From: the human T2T-CHM13v2.0 reference genome, Homo sapiens
DNA: 64,000 nucleotides
Reading direction: 5' to 3' (one strand)
Assembly (NCBI RefSeq): GCF_009914755.1
Contig: NC_060928.1
The notes beneath the pieces are model-generated. The model was not told the origin of the DNA. It searched no databases and saw only the letters and a list, made by a program, of their open reading frames with translations. The translations under genes were made by a program, and so were the position numbers. This document shows positions 48,121 to 60,098 of this stretch, one piece after another; the stretch's first letter is position 1; every line of letters starts with the position of its first letter.

Positions 48121-49055
48121 GCATATTATATGTCAGAGAGTGTAAGAAGAAATGGAGCTAAAACAATCAAGACAGATGAAGTCCCTCCTGGAGTTTGATG
48201 ACTATCAGAGAAGTCACACATAAAACAAAGTTCTGTGTAAATAACCATTCAGTTACAGTTGCGATAAGTGCTACAAACCAAGTATGGAAGGTCTAATTTA
48301 TAGGGAAGACTTCCCTGAGGATGTGACATTTAAAGAGGGACCTGAAGGATAAGTAAAAACTAGCAGGAGATATTGCTGGGGAAGAGGCAAAGGAACCCTG
48401 TGTACAAAAACCTGTGATGTGATCAATGACTAAAGAGATGGCAAATGTGCCTGGGGAGTGTGGTCTGAGACAAGGTTGGTTAATTTGGGGCCTGCTAGTT
48501 ACATTAAGAATCAAGGTCTTTGCCATTCACAAGATAGGTATCATATACCTGTTTTTCAGAGCTCTGGAGAGAATTAAGAGATGATTTACATCAAGTGCCC
48601 AGCACAATCCCAATCGCATTCTAAACACTCAGCATCCCTCTCTTTTCTGTTTACTCTACCAGAGTTGAATTTTTACCTCTGGTTTATTATTTATTCAATA
48701 CGTAATTATTTAGCGTCTACTGTGTATCAGGCTCTCTGTTATAAACTGAACAAACAAAAGGGGAAAAGCAGACATGGTCTTGCCTTTATAGAATCTCTCC
48801 ACTGATGAGCTATTATGTTCTTTGTGCATATGAATTTATTTCAAGGGAACAATAGTTTCAACATATATGGCGATTAAAATCTTGTGCTCCTATCTCCAAA
48901 AATTAAAAGTAAATAAAAGCAAGCAAGCAAGCACACAGAATAAACTCACATTGCCATGGATTGCAATGTAAATAACTCAAGATTATGAACTTGTATGTAG
49001 GAGTTACTTCTGCATGTTTCTTTGCTTTTGCTAATGATTAATAATAACGAGTCCA

Positions 49056-49360
49056 GGCCAGACACAGTGGTTCATGCCTGTAATCCCAGCACTTTGGAAA
49101 AACAAGGCAGGAGGATTGCTTGAGGCCAGGAGTCCAAGGCCATCCTGGGCAATATAGTGAGACTCAGTTTCTTAAAAAAAAAAAAAAAAAAAAAAGTTAG
49201 CCAGGAGTGGTGGCATACACCTTTTGTCCTAGCTACTCAGGAGGCTGAGGTGGGAGGATTGCTTGAGCCCAAGAGTTTGAGGCTGCAGTGAGCTATGATT
49301 GCTGCTGCACTCTAGCCTGGGCAACAGAGAGAGACTGTCTTCAAAATAAATAATTAAAAA
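49056..49360 (+). mobile_element. AluJ with an expanded middle A-run
   Basis: J diagnostics (ggaggattgcttgagcccaagagtttgaggctgcagtgagctatgatt). Confidence 0.9.
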
Positions 49361-50599
49361 GAATAATGATGATTGTTTTTACAGTATATTCTTGCACATG
49401 GTACAGATGGTTAGAATAAATCTCTGTACTACTGAAAGTGCTAATAAGTCTCCATTATATTATCTTAGGGGCTAAGTATCCTTCAGGAGGGCAGAAAGAC
49501 TCCCAGCTATTAGGTGTATCTAAACCCCACATGGCTATGTTTACCCTGAAACTGAGGCAGTCTAACTCTTATTCCTTTCTGTTTACCTGTTTTAATATAT
49601 TGCATATTTATCTATTTAATATATACAAATGTTGTCTTCTGATAAAGGTCCAGAAATTCCAGGCATATAAAAGAGCTTCAAATCCCAACAATTCTACCAC
49701 ATTCACTTTTCATTTCCATCTGCACATTTTTCATTTTTAGAGCTCATGGATAGTCTAGACATTTATTTGCAAATATTATGAAGGTATTATTTCAATCAGC
49801 AAGGGATTCTCTTCAAAACTTATATGAGCTTATGGTAACAATTCTTATTCTCTCTAGTGAGGCATAAAGCTAAAAGTTTTATGTTTTTGCCCCGTAAGGA
49901 AGGAAAAACAATGCATGTTTTTGTTTTTTTCTAGTATCTCACAGATATTTTCATTTCCTGGTTTACCAGTTGTTAACCTTAATGCATCCCAGAAGGAGAT
50001 TAATATTTGGATTTAAATAATAGGAGCTCTACTTTCGGTTTCTTGTTATCTTTGCTGGGAGATGAGAAGTCTGGGGTGGTTTATTCTCTGTACAACCTCT
50101 CAAAATTGTACTATAGACCAACATACTGAGGAAGATAAGGAGCAATCCCTCCAGTACTTACAATGCTCATATGAAAATAGATGATTTTCTGAAAGAATTA
50201 GAATGCTATATTTTATTAATTGTTTCTAGTTAGACTTTAATTCCAACAACTAATATCTCCTTCTTTAAGAATGATTTCCCTAATTCTACCGTTAGGAAAT
50301 TATTTAATTCTACCATAATTATGTTTTATTTTTTTCCATTTTATGCCACTGTGCCAGGCACTGTCCATTTTATGACATATTTGTGTCAGCTTAACAAATC
50401 TAGCTCATCAGTTCAGAATCAACAATGAACCAAATATTACTGTAGATTATATGTTAATACATAGGAGCACAGTTATTACATGTATAACTATTTCTCCATT
50501 TTGTGACCATTATAGGGTAATTATGAATAGATGAAGGCATGATTACTTTAGATCAAAACACAGGCAAAAAAAATGGATCTTCTTTGGGGAAATGTTTTA

Positions 50600-51320
50600 T
50601 GCTATAGACTGAAAGTGTGTGTGGCCTCCAAATTCATATGTTGAAACCTAATCTCCATTATGATCATATTGGGAGGCGGGGTCTTTGGGAGGTGTGTTAG
50701 TTCATTCTCAGGCTGCTATAAAGAACTGTTCAAGAATGGGTAATTTATAAAGAAAAGAGGTTTAATTGACTCATAGTTCCACAGGGCTATAGACGCCTCA
50801 GAAAACTTAGGGCAGAAAGGGAAGAAAACATGTCCTTCTTCACATGGCAGCAGAAAGGAGAAGTGCCAGGTGAAGGGGGAAAGCCCCTTATAAAACCATC
50901 AGCTCTTGTGAGAACTCACTCACTATCATGAGAATAGCATGGGGGCAACTGCCCCCATGATTCAATTACCTCCCACTGGATCCTTCCCAGAACACATGGG
51001 GATTATGGGAACTACAATTCAAGATGAGATTTGGGAAGGGACAGAAAGCCTAACTGTATCAGGAGGTGATTAGGTCATAAGACTTAAGTTTTTAATGAAT
51101 AGGATTAATGTTCTTATAAAAGAGGCCCAAAGAGCTGCTGTGCCTCCTCCGCCAAGCCCTAGTGACATAATGGAAATATGGTCTTCCATGAACCAGGAAG
51201 AGGGACTTTACCAGTAACCAAATCTGTCAGCACCTCGATCCTGGACTTCCCATCCTCCAGAAATGTAAGAAATAAATTTCTGTTGTCTATAAGCCACCCA
51301 GTTTATGGTAATTTGTGACA
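50600..51320 (+). mobile_element. MLT1A/MSTD-like LTR split by a THE1D
   Basis: tgctatagactgaa...aaattcatatgttgaaaccta ... aataaatttctgttg. Confidence 0.8.
50693..51061 (-). mobile_element. THE1D-type solo LTR
   Basis: TSD ggagg at 50688-50692 and 51062-51066. Confidence 0.9.
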
Positions 51321-52119
51321 GTGGAGGTTGTAGATTACAGAGAAAAAGTGGAGGTTGTAGATTGCAGAGATGAATTAGTGTAGTTTATGAAACCATGAAG
51401 TTTGACGTTCCTGAGGGATATCCCAGAGAAGTTGGGAAACCAGTAATTAGAAAGGAGTTTGGAACTCAGGTCAGAGGTCAAAGCTTACAGCTATCAGTTT
51501 GTGCTCCTTTAGCACATAGGTATAGAGATCTCCCAAGGAAAATACCTAATGAAGAAAACCAGGGAGCTGAATGCACAGCCTTGGTGGGAAGCTACATTTA
51601 AAAAACAGGAATGGGATAAGCAGTCCATGAAGACCAGGATAAAGTAGACAGAGAGGTACAAGGAGAAGCCGTAGATTATATCAAAGGAACCAAGGAAGAA
51701 GAGGCATTCAAGTAACTCAAGGCCTCCACTCCCAAACTCAGCAGAGACTTCAGTTAGGTCCAGAGAAGTCACAGGAGAAAGTGTTAGTAGCATAGACTCT
51801 GAAACAGGCTGTGTAGGCTTGCATCTAGTCTCCACTACTCACACTAGCTGTGTTTCTTAAATTCTTTGTGCCAGTTTATTAATTTACTTGTGCCTCACTT
51901 GCCTTATCTGTAAAATGGGACTAATAGTATACTTACCCCATAGAGTTAATACAACCATAACATTGACCAATATTTGTAGAACCTTAAATTCTTAACTCAT
52001 AGTTAGAATTAAATATATTTATTGAATTTAAATCAAGCAATTCATAGATGTCAAGATTGGAAACTATTCAGTGGATTTGCAAATGAAATGTAGTTTTGAC
52101 ACACACACAAATCAGTACA

Positions 52120-52308
52120 AGGAAAACTGGGGAAATCTGAATAAGATCAGTGGATTACATCAATGTGAGTAACCTGATTTAATATTGTACTGCAGCTTTA
52201 CAAGATGATACTACTGGGGGAAATGGTACCTGGTGACCTCCTTGGACTATTTCTTACTATTGCATGGCAACCTATTGTTATCTCAAAATAACAAGTTTAA
52301 TTTAAAAA
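52120..52308 (+). mobile_element. L1MC/MD 3' end fragment
   Basis: aactggggaaatctgaataagatc ... ttatctcaaaataa. Confidence 0.6.
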
Positions 52309-53128
52309 TATTGGTAGCCATGGAAAATAAAGGTGGTCTTGACCTATGAAAGAACAATTTAAATGACATGGTAGAGGCAGAAGCCAAGAGTTAAGAAATA
52401 AATGCAGATGAGGGGTTATATAGACTGAACTTAGACAGCTGTTTTAGGAATTTTATGTAAGAGTATAAGAATGAGACTTGCCAATAGTTAGAGAGAGCTG
52501 TGTGTGCATGTAAAAGTTGTTGTTATTGCTGATTTGGAATGAGTATGTCTTCTAATGCATTTTTTAAGGGTGAATGAGACTTGACTAGCATTACAATATG
52601 TAAGGAGGCAGCTAGGAAAAGAGGAAGAGACAGGGAGGAGGAGGAAGGGAGGGAGGCAGATAAATTATAAAGAGGAATCAAGATATCATAGGAAGTGGGA
52701 TTGAAAACACTAGGGAAATGGAACATTCTTTTCTTTTATACAGGAAGAATAAGTCAGCAAATAAATACCAAACAGGTGCCAGCTATACACTGGACTTCCT
52801 TCTAGGAGTTAATTAAGCACTGTGGTTTTGATTGAATAATACAGATCAAATTCCTCTGTCCCGTGAGAAAATGAGACAGTTCTGTAGGTACATTTACTGC
52901 TGGAATCAGAAGAGCTGTAAGGATGTATAGGCATGTTACTGTAAATAGATGAGGAGACACTAGATCATGAAAAAGAGACAAGATTATCAAGCTGAGTGTA
53001 AAAATTGCTAATTAGTAGTGACTCTCATATCTGGATTTTTGTTTGGTTTTCCCCAGCAAGTAATAGAGAAGTGGAAGACAAATCATTCTCTGACCCTAGA
53101 GTTCGGTGACCCCAGAGCCATATAGGTA

Positions 53129-53670
53129 TGTGACAGGTTGGAAACTGGCTTCTCAAAATATATTGATAACCTAATCTCTGGAACCTACCTTACAAGTCCC
53201 CCCTGCCCCACAACCCCCCCCCCCCCCACACAAAAAAGAAATGAAAACAAAAAAAATTTCAGGTATAATTAGTTTAAGGATCTCTATAAGGAGAGATTAT
53301 CCTGGATTATCCAAGTGGGCCTTTTAGGCTATCCCAATTGTCCTTACAGGAGAGAGGCAGAGAGATGTGACATACATACAGAGGAGGAAGGGATATGATG
53401 ATGGACCAGAGAGACATTTGAAGATGTTGACCTTGAAAATTACAGTGGTGCAGCCACAAGCCAAGGAATGGTGACAGCTGCCAGAAGAGGAAGGAAAAGA
53501 TTCTCCCCCAGAATTTCTCAAGGGAGCATGGCCCTGCTAACACCTTGATTTTGGCTCAGTGATATTAATTTCAGACTTTCGACCTCTAGACAGTAAGAGA
53601 GTAAATTTTTGTTGTTTTAAGCCTTTCAGTTTGTAGTATGTTGCTACAGCTGCATTAGGAAACTAATACA
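53129..53670 (+). mobile_element. MLT1C/D-like MaLR solo LTR
   Basis: gagattatcctggattatcc ... gcagccacaagccaaggaatg ... ggaaactaataca. Confidence 0.85.
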
Positions 53671-54134
53671 TGCATGATTGTAGGACATGGATAAGGAAGT
53701 AGGGATGTTCAAGGGTATTTCAGGAAATCAACCATATAGTGCAGATTAGTATGGAACTTGTGAGACTAAGAAGGGCTGGTGATCCCAAAGGTCTTGCTTG
53801 CAGAATCAATGAGCAGAATGTAGTGAGATTGAGGGCTTAAGACAGTTGAATGGATATAAGGTTGTGGTCAAAAGGGTGAGACCATCATTTAGGATGTCAG
53901 GAATTAAGTAGTTTCAGGTAATAATAAAGTCCAAGTGATATCCATCAGAGTGAAAAGTGGAATGGAAAAGAAAATAATGGCATTTAAAGAGTCAAAAAAC
54001 ACTGAAGCTCAGGTGAGTGGCTGGTAGGCAGGTCAACTCCATGGATATTACTGTCAAGCCAATGAACAAAGATTTTAAAGTCAGCGATCAAAGTCTGGAA
54101 TGAGTATGATACAGAAACTCTCCCAGTAATAACA

Positions 54135-54552
54135 TGAGACGCCCTGATTCTGGTTCTCTGTGACTCAGCTCTGTTAGACAATTTTCTTACTTCAGGAACT
54201 GCCAATACCCCATTTAACATGATGCTGGTGAGGCTTTTAATCCCATTTCCATGGGCCACAGGGCTAGGTCAAATGATGCAGGCTTTTCCAGGAACAGTTC
54301 TCCATCCCCCAGGCCAAAATGATTGGTTCAGTGTCATGTGACTAAAACTAGTTCCTGCCTTGCTGGAGTTATTAGCACGGAGAAAAGGTGAGTAAAAGAG
54401 ACAGCATCCTGATACACTGTTGGAGCCTTGATCCAGCCATGCCTGATGCTGTAAGTATTCCTATCTTAGATATGTGAGTCAATAAACCTTTAACTTAAGA
54501 TACTTTGAATGGGTTTTTGTTACATGTACTCAAAAATATCCTAATTTATACC
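54135..54552 (+). mobile_element. LTR16-like ERVL LTR
   Basis: gatccagccatgcctga ... gtgagtcaataaa ... atcctaatttata. Confidence 0.55.
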
Positions 54553-55052
54553 AGAATAGTATTATTTTCTTGCTCTTTGTTCTTTACAGGGTGGCTACAA
54601 AGGAATCAATGTAGCCTCGTAGTTTCTCTGGATGGTATTTCAGTGCTTTGGGAGATAACCACCACATAAATGAGAGAGTTCCTATTTTTCTTTGTTATTG
54701 TTTTACTATCTAACCCCAGCTACAAGAAAGGATATATTGGTTTATTTTACAAACTTTATCTTCACAATCAGAAGGATGTGAGCTGTAGAGCATTATTTTA
54801 AAGACCAGTCGGAAGATGAAATGGTGCAAAAAATAAAAAAAGAAGAAAACCAAATTAATCTGCAAACACATTAGAATTTTCAAGATTTAATTTCACTGTT
54901 ATTTTTGCCCATTTGAAGCAAATCTATTCACTAGATCTCTATTAAATCCCTACTGTAAGCCAGGTACAAATAAATGAGATGAACAATTTGAACTGATTTC
55001 AAGTTGCAAAGTAACAATTATATGATGAATTTCTTTGAGAAGCAAATGTTGG

Positions 55053-57331
55053 TATATCAGTCCATTTTCCCGCTGCTGATAAAGACATACCCAAGACTGG
55101 GAAGAAAAAGAGGTTTAATTGGACGTACAGTTCCACATGGCTGGGGAGGCCTCAGAATCATGGCAGGAGGCAGAAGGCACTTCTTACATGGTGGCAGCAA
55201 GAGAAAATGAGGAAGATGAAAGAATGAAACCTGATAAAACCATCAGATCTCATGAGACTTATTCGCTACCACAAGAACAGTATGGGGAAAACCACCCCAT
55301 GATTCAAATTATCTCCCATTGGGTCCCTCCTACAACATGTGCAAATTATGGGAGTATAATTCAAGATGAGATTTGGGTGGGGACACAGAGCCAAACCATA
55401 TCATTCAATCCCTGGCCCCTCCAAATCTCATGTCCTCACATTTCAAAACCAATCATGCCTTCCTAACAGTCCCCCAAAGTTTTAATTCATTTCAGAATTA
55501 ATCCGAAAGTCCACAGTCCAAAGTCTCATCTGAGGAAAGGCAAGTCCCTTCTGCCTATGAGCCTGTAAAATCACAAGCAAGCTAGTTACTTCCTAGATAC
55601 AATGGGAGTACAGGTATTAGGTAAATATAGCCATTCCAAATGGGAGAAATTGGCCAAAACAAAGGGGTCACAGGGCCCTTGCAAGTCCAAAATCCAGCAG
55701 GGCAGTCAAATTTTAAAGCTCCAAAATGATGTCCTTTTATTCCAGGTGTCACATCCAGGTCATGCTGATGCAAGAGGTGGGTTTCCATGGTCTTGGGAAG
55801 CTCTGCCCCTGTGGCTTTGCAGGGTACAGCCTCTCTCCAGGCTGCTTTCACAGGCTGGCACTGAGTGTCTGCAGCCTTTCCAGGTACATGGTGCCAGCTG
55901 TAGGTGGATCTACCTACAGCTGGGGTCTGGAGGATGGTGGCCCTCTTCTCACAGCTCCACTAAGTGGTGTCCCAGTAGGGACTCTGTGTAGGGGCTCCAA
56001 CCCCACATATCCCTTCTGCACTGCCCTAGTAGATGTTCTCCATGAGAGCCCTGCCTCTGCAGCAAACTTCTGCCTGGACATCCAGGCATTTCCATACATC
56101 TTCTGAAATCTAGACAGAGGTTCCCAAACCCAAATTCTTGTCTTCTGTGCAGGCTCAACACCACATGGAAGCTGCCAGGGCTTAGGGCTTGCACCCTCTG
56201 AAGCCTTGGCCCAAGCTCTACATTGGCCCTTTCAGCCACAGCTGGAGCAGCTGGGATGCAGGGCACCAAGTCCCTAGACTACACACAGCATGGGGACCCT
56301 GGGCTCTTCCCAACGAAACCATTTTTTTCCTCCTATACCTCTGAGTCTGTGATGGGAGAGGCTGCTGCAAAGGTCTCTGACACACCCTGGAGACACTTTC
56401 CCCATTGTCTTGGGAATTAACATTCAGCTCCTCATTACTTATGCAAATATATGCAGCTGACTTGAATTTCTGCTCAGAAAATGGGATTTTCTTTCCTACA
56501 GCATTGTCAGGCTGCAAATTTTCCAAACTTTTATGCTCTGCTTCCCTTTTAAAATGGAATGCTTTTAACAGCACCCAAGTCACCTCTTGAATGCATTGCT
56601 TCTTAGAAATTTCTTCTGCCAGATACCCTAAATCATCTCTCTCAAGCTCAAAGTTCCACAAATCTCTGCAGCAGAAGCAAAATGCCACAAGTCTCTTTGT
56701 TAAAACATAACAAGAGTCACCTTTGCTCTAGTTCCCAACAAGTTCCTCATCTCCTTCTGAGAACACCTCAGACTGGACCTTATTGTCCATATCACTATTA
56801 GCATTTTGGGCAAAGCCATTCAACAAGTCTCTAGGGATCTCCAAACTTTTCCACATTTTCCTGTCATCTTCTGAGCCCTCCAAGCTGTTCCAACCTCTGC
56901 CTGTTACCCAGTTCCTACGTCACTTCCACATTTTCAGGTATCTTTTCAGCAACATCCCACTTCTGGTACCAATTTACTGTATTAGTCAGTTTTCACACTA
57001 CTGATAAAGACATACCTGAGACTGGGAAGAAAAAGAGGTTTAGTTGGACTTAACAGTTCCACATGGCTGGGGAGGCCTCAGAATCATGGTGGGAGGTGAA
57101 AGTCACTTCTTACATGGCAGCAGCAAGAGAAAATGAGGAAGATGCAAAAGTAGAAACCCCTGATAAAACTGTCAGATCTTGTGAGACTTATTCACTACCA
57201 TGAGAACTATATGGGGAACCACACCCATTATTTAAATTAGCTCCCACTGGGTCGCTCCCACAACACATGGAAATTATCGGAGTACAATTCAAGATGAGAT
57301 TTGGGTGGAGACACAGAGCCATAGAATATCA
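55053..57331 (-). mobile_element. Complete THE1 (C-like) MaLR provirus: LTR 55053-55403, internal 55404-56977, LTR 56978-57331
   Basis: Two similar LTRs of about 350 bp around a 1.57-kb THE1-int. Perfect 5-bp TSD gttgg at 55048-55052 and 57332-57336. Confidence 0.95.
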
Positions 57332-59377
57332 GTTGGTAACACACTGAACTAGGGCTCTACCATTAAGTAAGCACACAGAAATACAAAGTTCAAATAAGGA
57401 TAAACAGGGAATATAAAAACTATTCTGCTTAATAGGAATTCAGATACCTCTTAATTTTTTATATTATCTAGTAATTAAGAGTGAGTGATATTATTGGGAA
57501 ACCATAAAGGATCCATTTCATCAGCACTGTTTTTTGTTTGGTTGGTTGGTTGTTTTGAGCCCTTACATATATCTGGCACTGGGTAGGCTCTGAGAATACA
57601 ATGGAAAAATGGCAGGCCTGGTTCCTGCCCCTACCCTTTGGTTCCTGTCAGGGTATTCTCTGAGGCATCACAGGGTTTATCCAGTTCACTATTTAGTAAA
57701 TGATAAAACTCACATTCAAACACTAGTGTCCTAAAACAATATAAGTCTGTCTCTCCTAAATGAGCTCATTATTTTTGTTTTAGCCACCTGAGAGTAGAGT
57801 TTCTAATTCCTATCTAGCTTGCTGTTCAAATAACTGATAATTAATCCCAGAACATTAGTTTGCTTGAATTGAAAAGGCACATCACGTTCAAGTGCCTCGT
57901 TTTTAATATAAGGCAAACTGAGGCAAAGAATGTTAAATGTTCTTCACAGAACAAGAGGAGAGGCCACTTTTCACCCTCAGCCTAGTGTTTATCTGACTAA
58001 ACCACACCGTGAAAGATAACAGTCTATGAAGACAAAAATTACAAGGTTTAGAATCCTCTTTCCTTCTCCCTCAGACAACTGGGAAATAATATTCTTTAAT
58101 AAAGTTGTGGTTATTGGACTAGCACAGTAGCCAAATTTAGGATGACTTATTTATTCTTAAAGGTTGGGACTTTCATTCTGGAAGTACTTTTAACTGTTAA
58201 AGATTCCTCTTTCCCTTTCCTTCTTCTTTCCTTGCCTCCCTCATTTTTCCTACATTCCCTCCTTTTTTTTCTTGTATTATTTCATTACACAAATGATCAT
58301 TTATTCCATACAAAGTTATGGAATGTGTAGGGTGGGTATGCTGGATGCAAGGGATATAAAATTGGCACAGCATCTTTCTTGCTGTCAGTTGGCTCACAAT
58401 CGAGTGGAAAGCAAAGATGCATTCAGTGAATCATTACAAAACACTGTGATGTGTGCATTACGGTTCATCACAGAAGGAGTTTTGGACCCTTACTGGGAAG
58501 AGGAGAATTAAGAGCTGGGTGACTGCGAAAGATTTGCAGGGGAGAAAATGGCTGGAGAGATTTTGAAATAAGGGAAGGGCATTCCCCCATTCCAGCATGC
58601 AGAACTACCACTTGCAAAGGCAAATACGATTTTCTGCAGATCCTCCCCTAACCCCACCCCAGAAACTGGGGATATATATCATTGGGAAGAGATACAGTTT
58701 AATAGAGAGGAAACACTGTTGGACCACTCTCCCAACACCTGTTTCTCAAATGTGAGGCAGGGCTAGCCAAGCATCCCACATCAAGAGAAGATTAGGATGG
58801 GGGAAGAGGTAGAAGTCAGGCAGGAAGAATGTGAAAGACAAGTACCAGTCTATGAGGCTGGACTGGTAGGTAGGACCAATACTTAATTTTCTAAATGCAT
58901 GCCACTTTCCCTACAGATCAATGACTGCTAGCACTTCCCTACTTGCTTTTCTTTGGATTTTTTTTTCTTTTTTTTTTTTTTTGCTACTGCATGCTTCTTT
59001 GACTACTGCTGCCAACCTTGGGAATGGATTGATGACCCACTTGCTTCTCAAACAGCTCTGCAGATACCACTTAGGAAGCTGGTGTTCGTGTTCTCAGACT
59101 GAGGAGGAGCAGTGTCCAAAATCAATTACCTGGGATGGTGTGTGCTGATCCACCTAGCAATGAACTCAGATCTTTGGAGCTTGTTTATAACACGTACATT
59201 GCTCAACATACCCTGGTTCTAAGATCAGTGATGCTATTTCAGAGCACAATGGGGATAATACATTTTACATTTATTTAATGTGAATTTTGGAAAAATTTGA
59301 TTAAAAATGCCACCTTTGGCTTTTTTAAATAAAGAAAATCACAATAAAGGATAGAAAGTAATTAATGATTTTTAAAA

Positions 59378-60098
59378 CTGGTTAACCATATACAAAAATC
59401 AACTCAAGATGTATTAAAGACTGACATTGTAAGTCCCCAATCTATAAAACTCCTAAGACCTTGGTGGAAGGATCTCCATTTCTTGGTGGGAATGTAACTT
59501 GGTGCAGCCACTGTGGAGAGCAACATGGAGATTTCTCAAAGGACTAAAAATAGAATTACAATTTGACCCAGGAATACCATTACTGGGTATATACCCAGAG
59601 GAAAATAAATTGTTCTACTAAAAAGACACATGCACTCATACGTTTATCACAGCACTATTCACAATAGCAAAGACGTGGAATCAACCTAGGTACCCATCAA
59701 TGGTGAATTGGGTAAAGAAAATGTACATATACAGCATGCAATATTCACAGCCATAAAAAGGAATGGAATCATATCCTTTGCAGCAACGTGGATGCAGCTG
59801 GAGGACATTACCCTACGTAAACTCACACAGGAACAGAAAACCAAATACTGCATGTACTCACTTATACATGAGAGTTAAGGCTTGGGAACACATGGACATA
59901 AAGATGAGAACAAGAGACACTAGGAACTCCAAAAGAAGGAGGGAGAAAAGAGGACAAGGACTGAAAGACTTTCTATTGGGTACTATGCTCAGTGTCTAGG
60001 TGTTGGGATCAATAGAAGCCTAAACCTCAGCAACACGCAATTATACCCTTGCAACAAACCTGCACATGTACCCCCTGAATCTAAAATAAAAATAAAAG
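59378..60098 (+). mobile_element. L1PB/L1PA15-16-like 3' fragment (two discontinuous pieces)
   Basis: L1 3' motifs ending catgtaccccctgaatctaaaataaaa. Piece 59378-59456 derives from further upstream in ORF2. Confidence 0.85.

Noticed and set aside
51320-51370. Repeat of about 24 bp, agtggaggttgtagatt(a/g)cagaga, twice
   Set aside because: Ordinary tandem duplication at an LTR/L2 junction.
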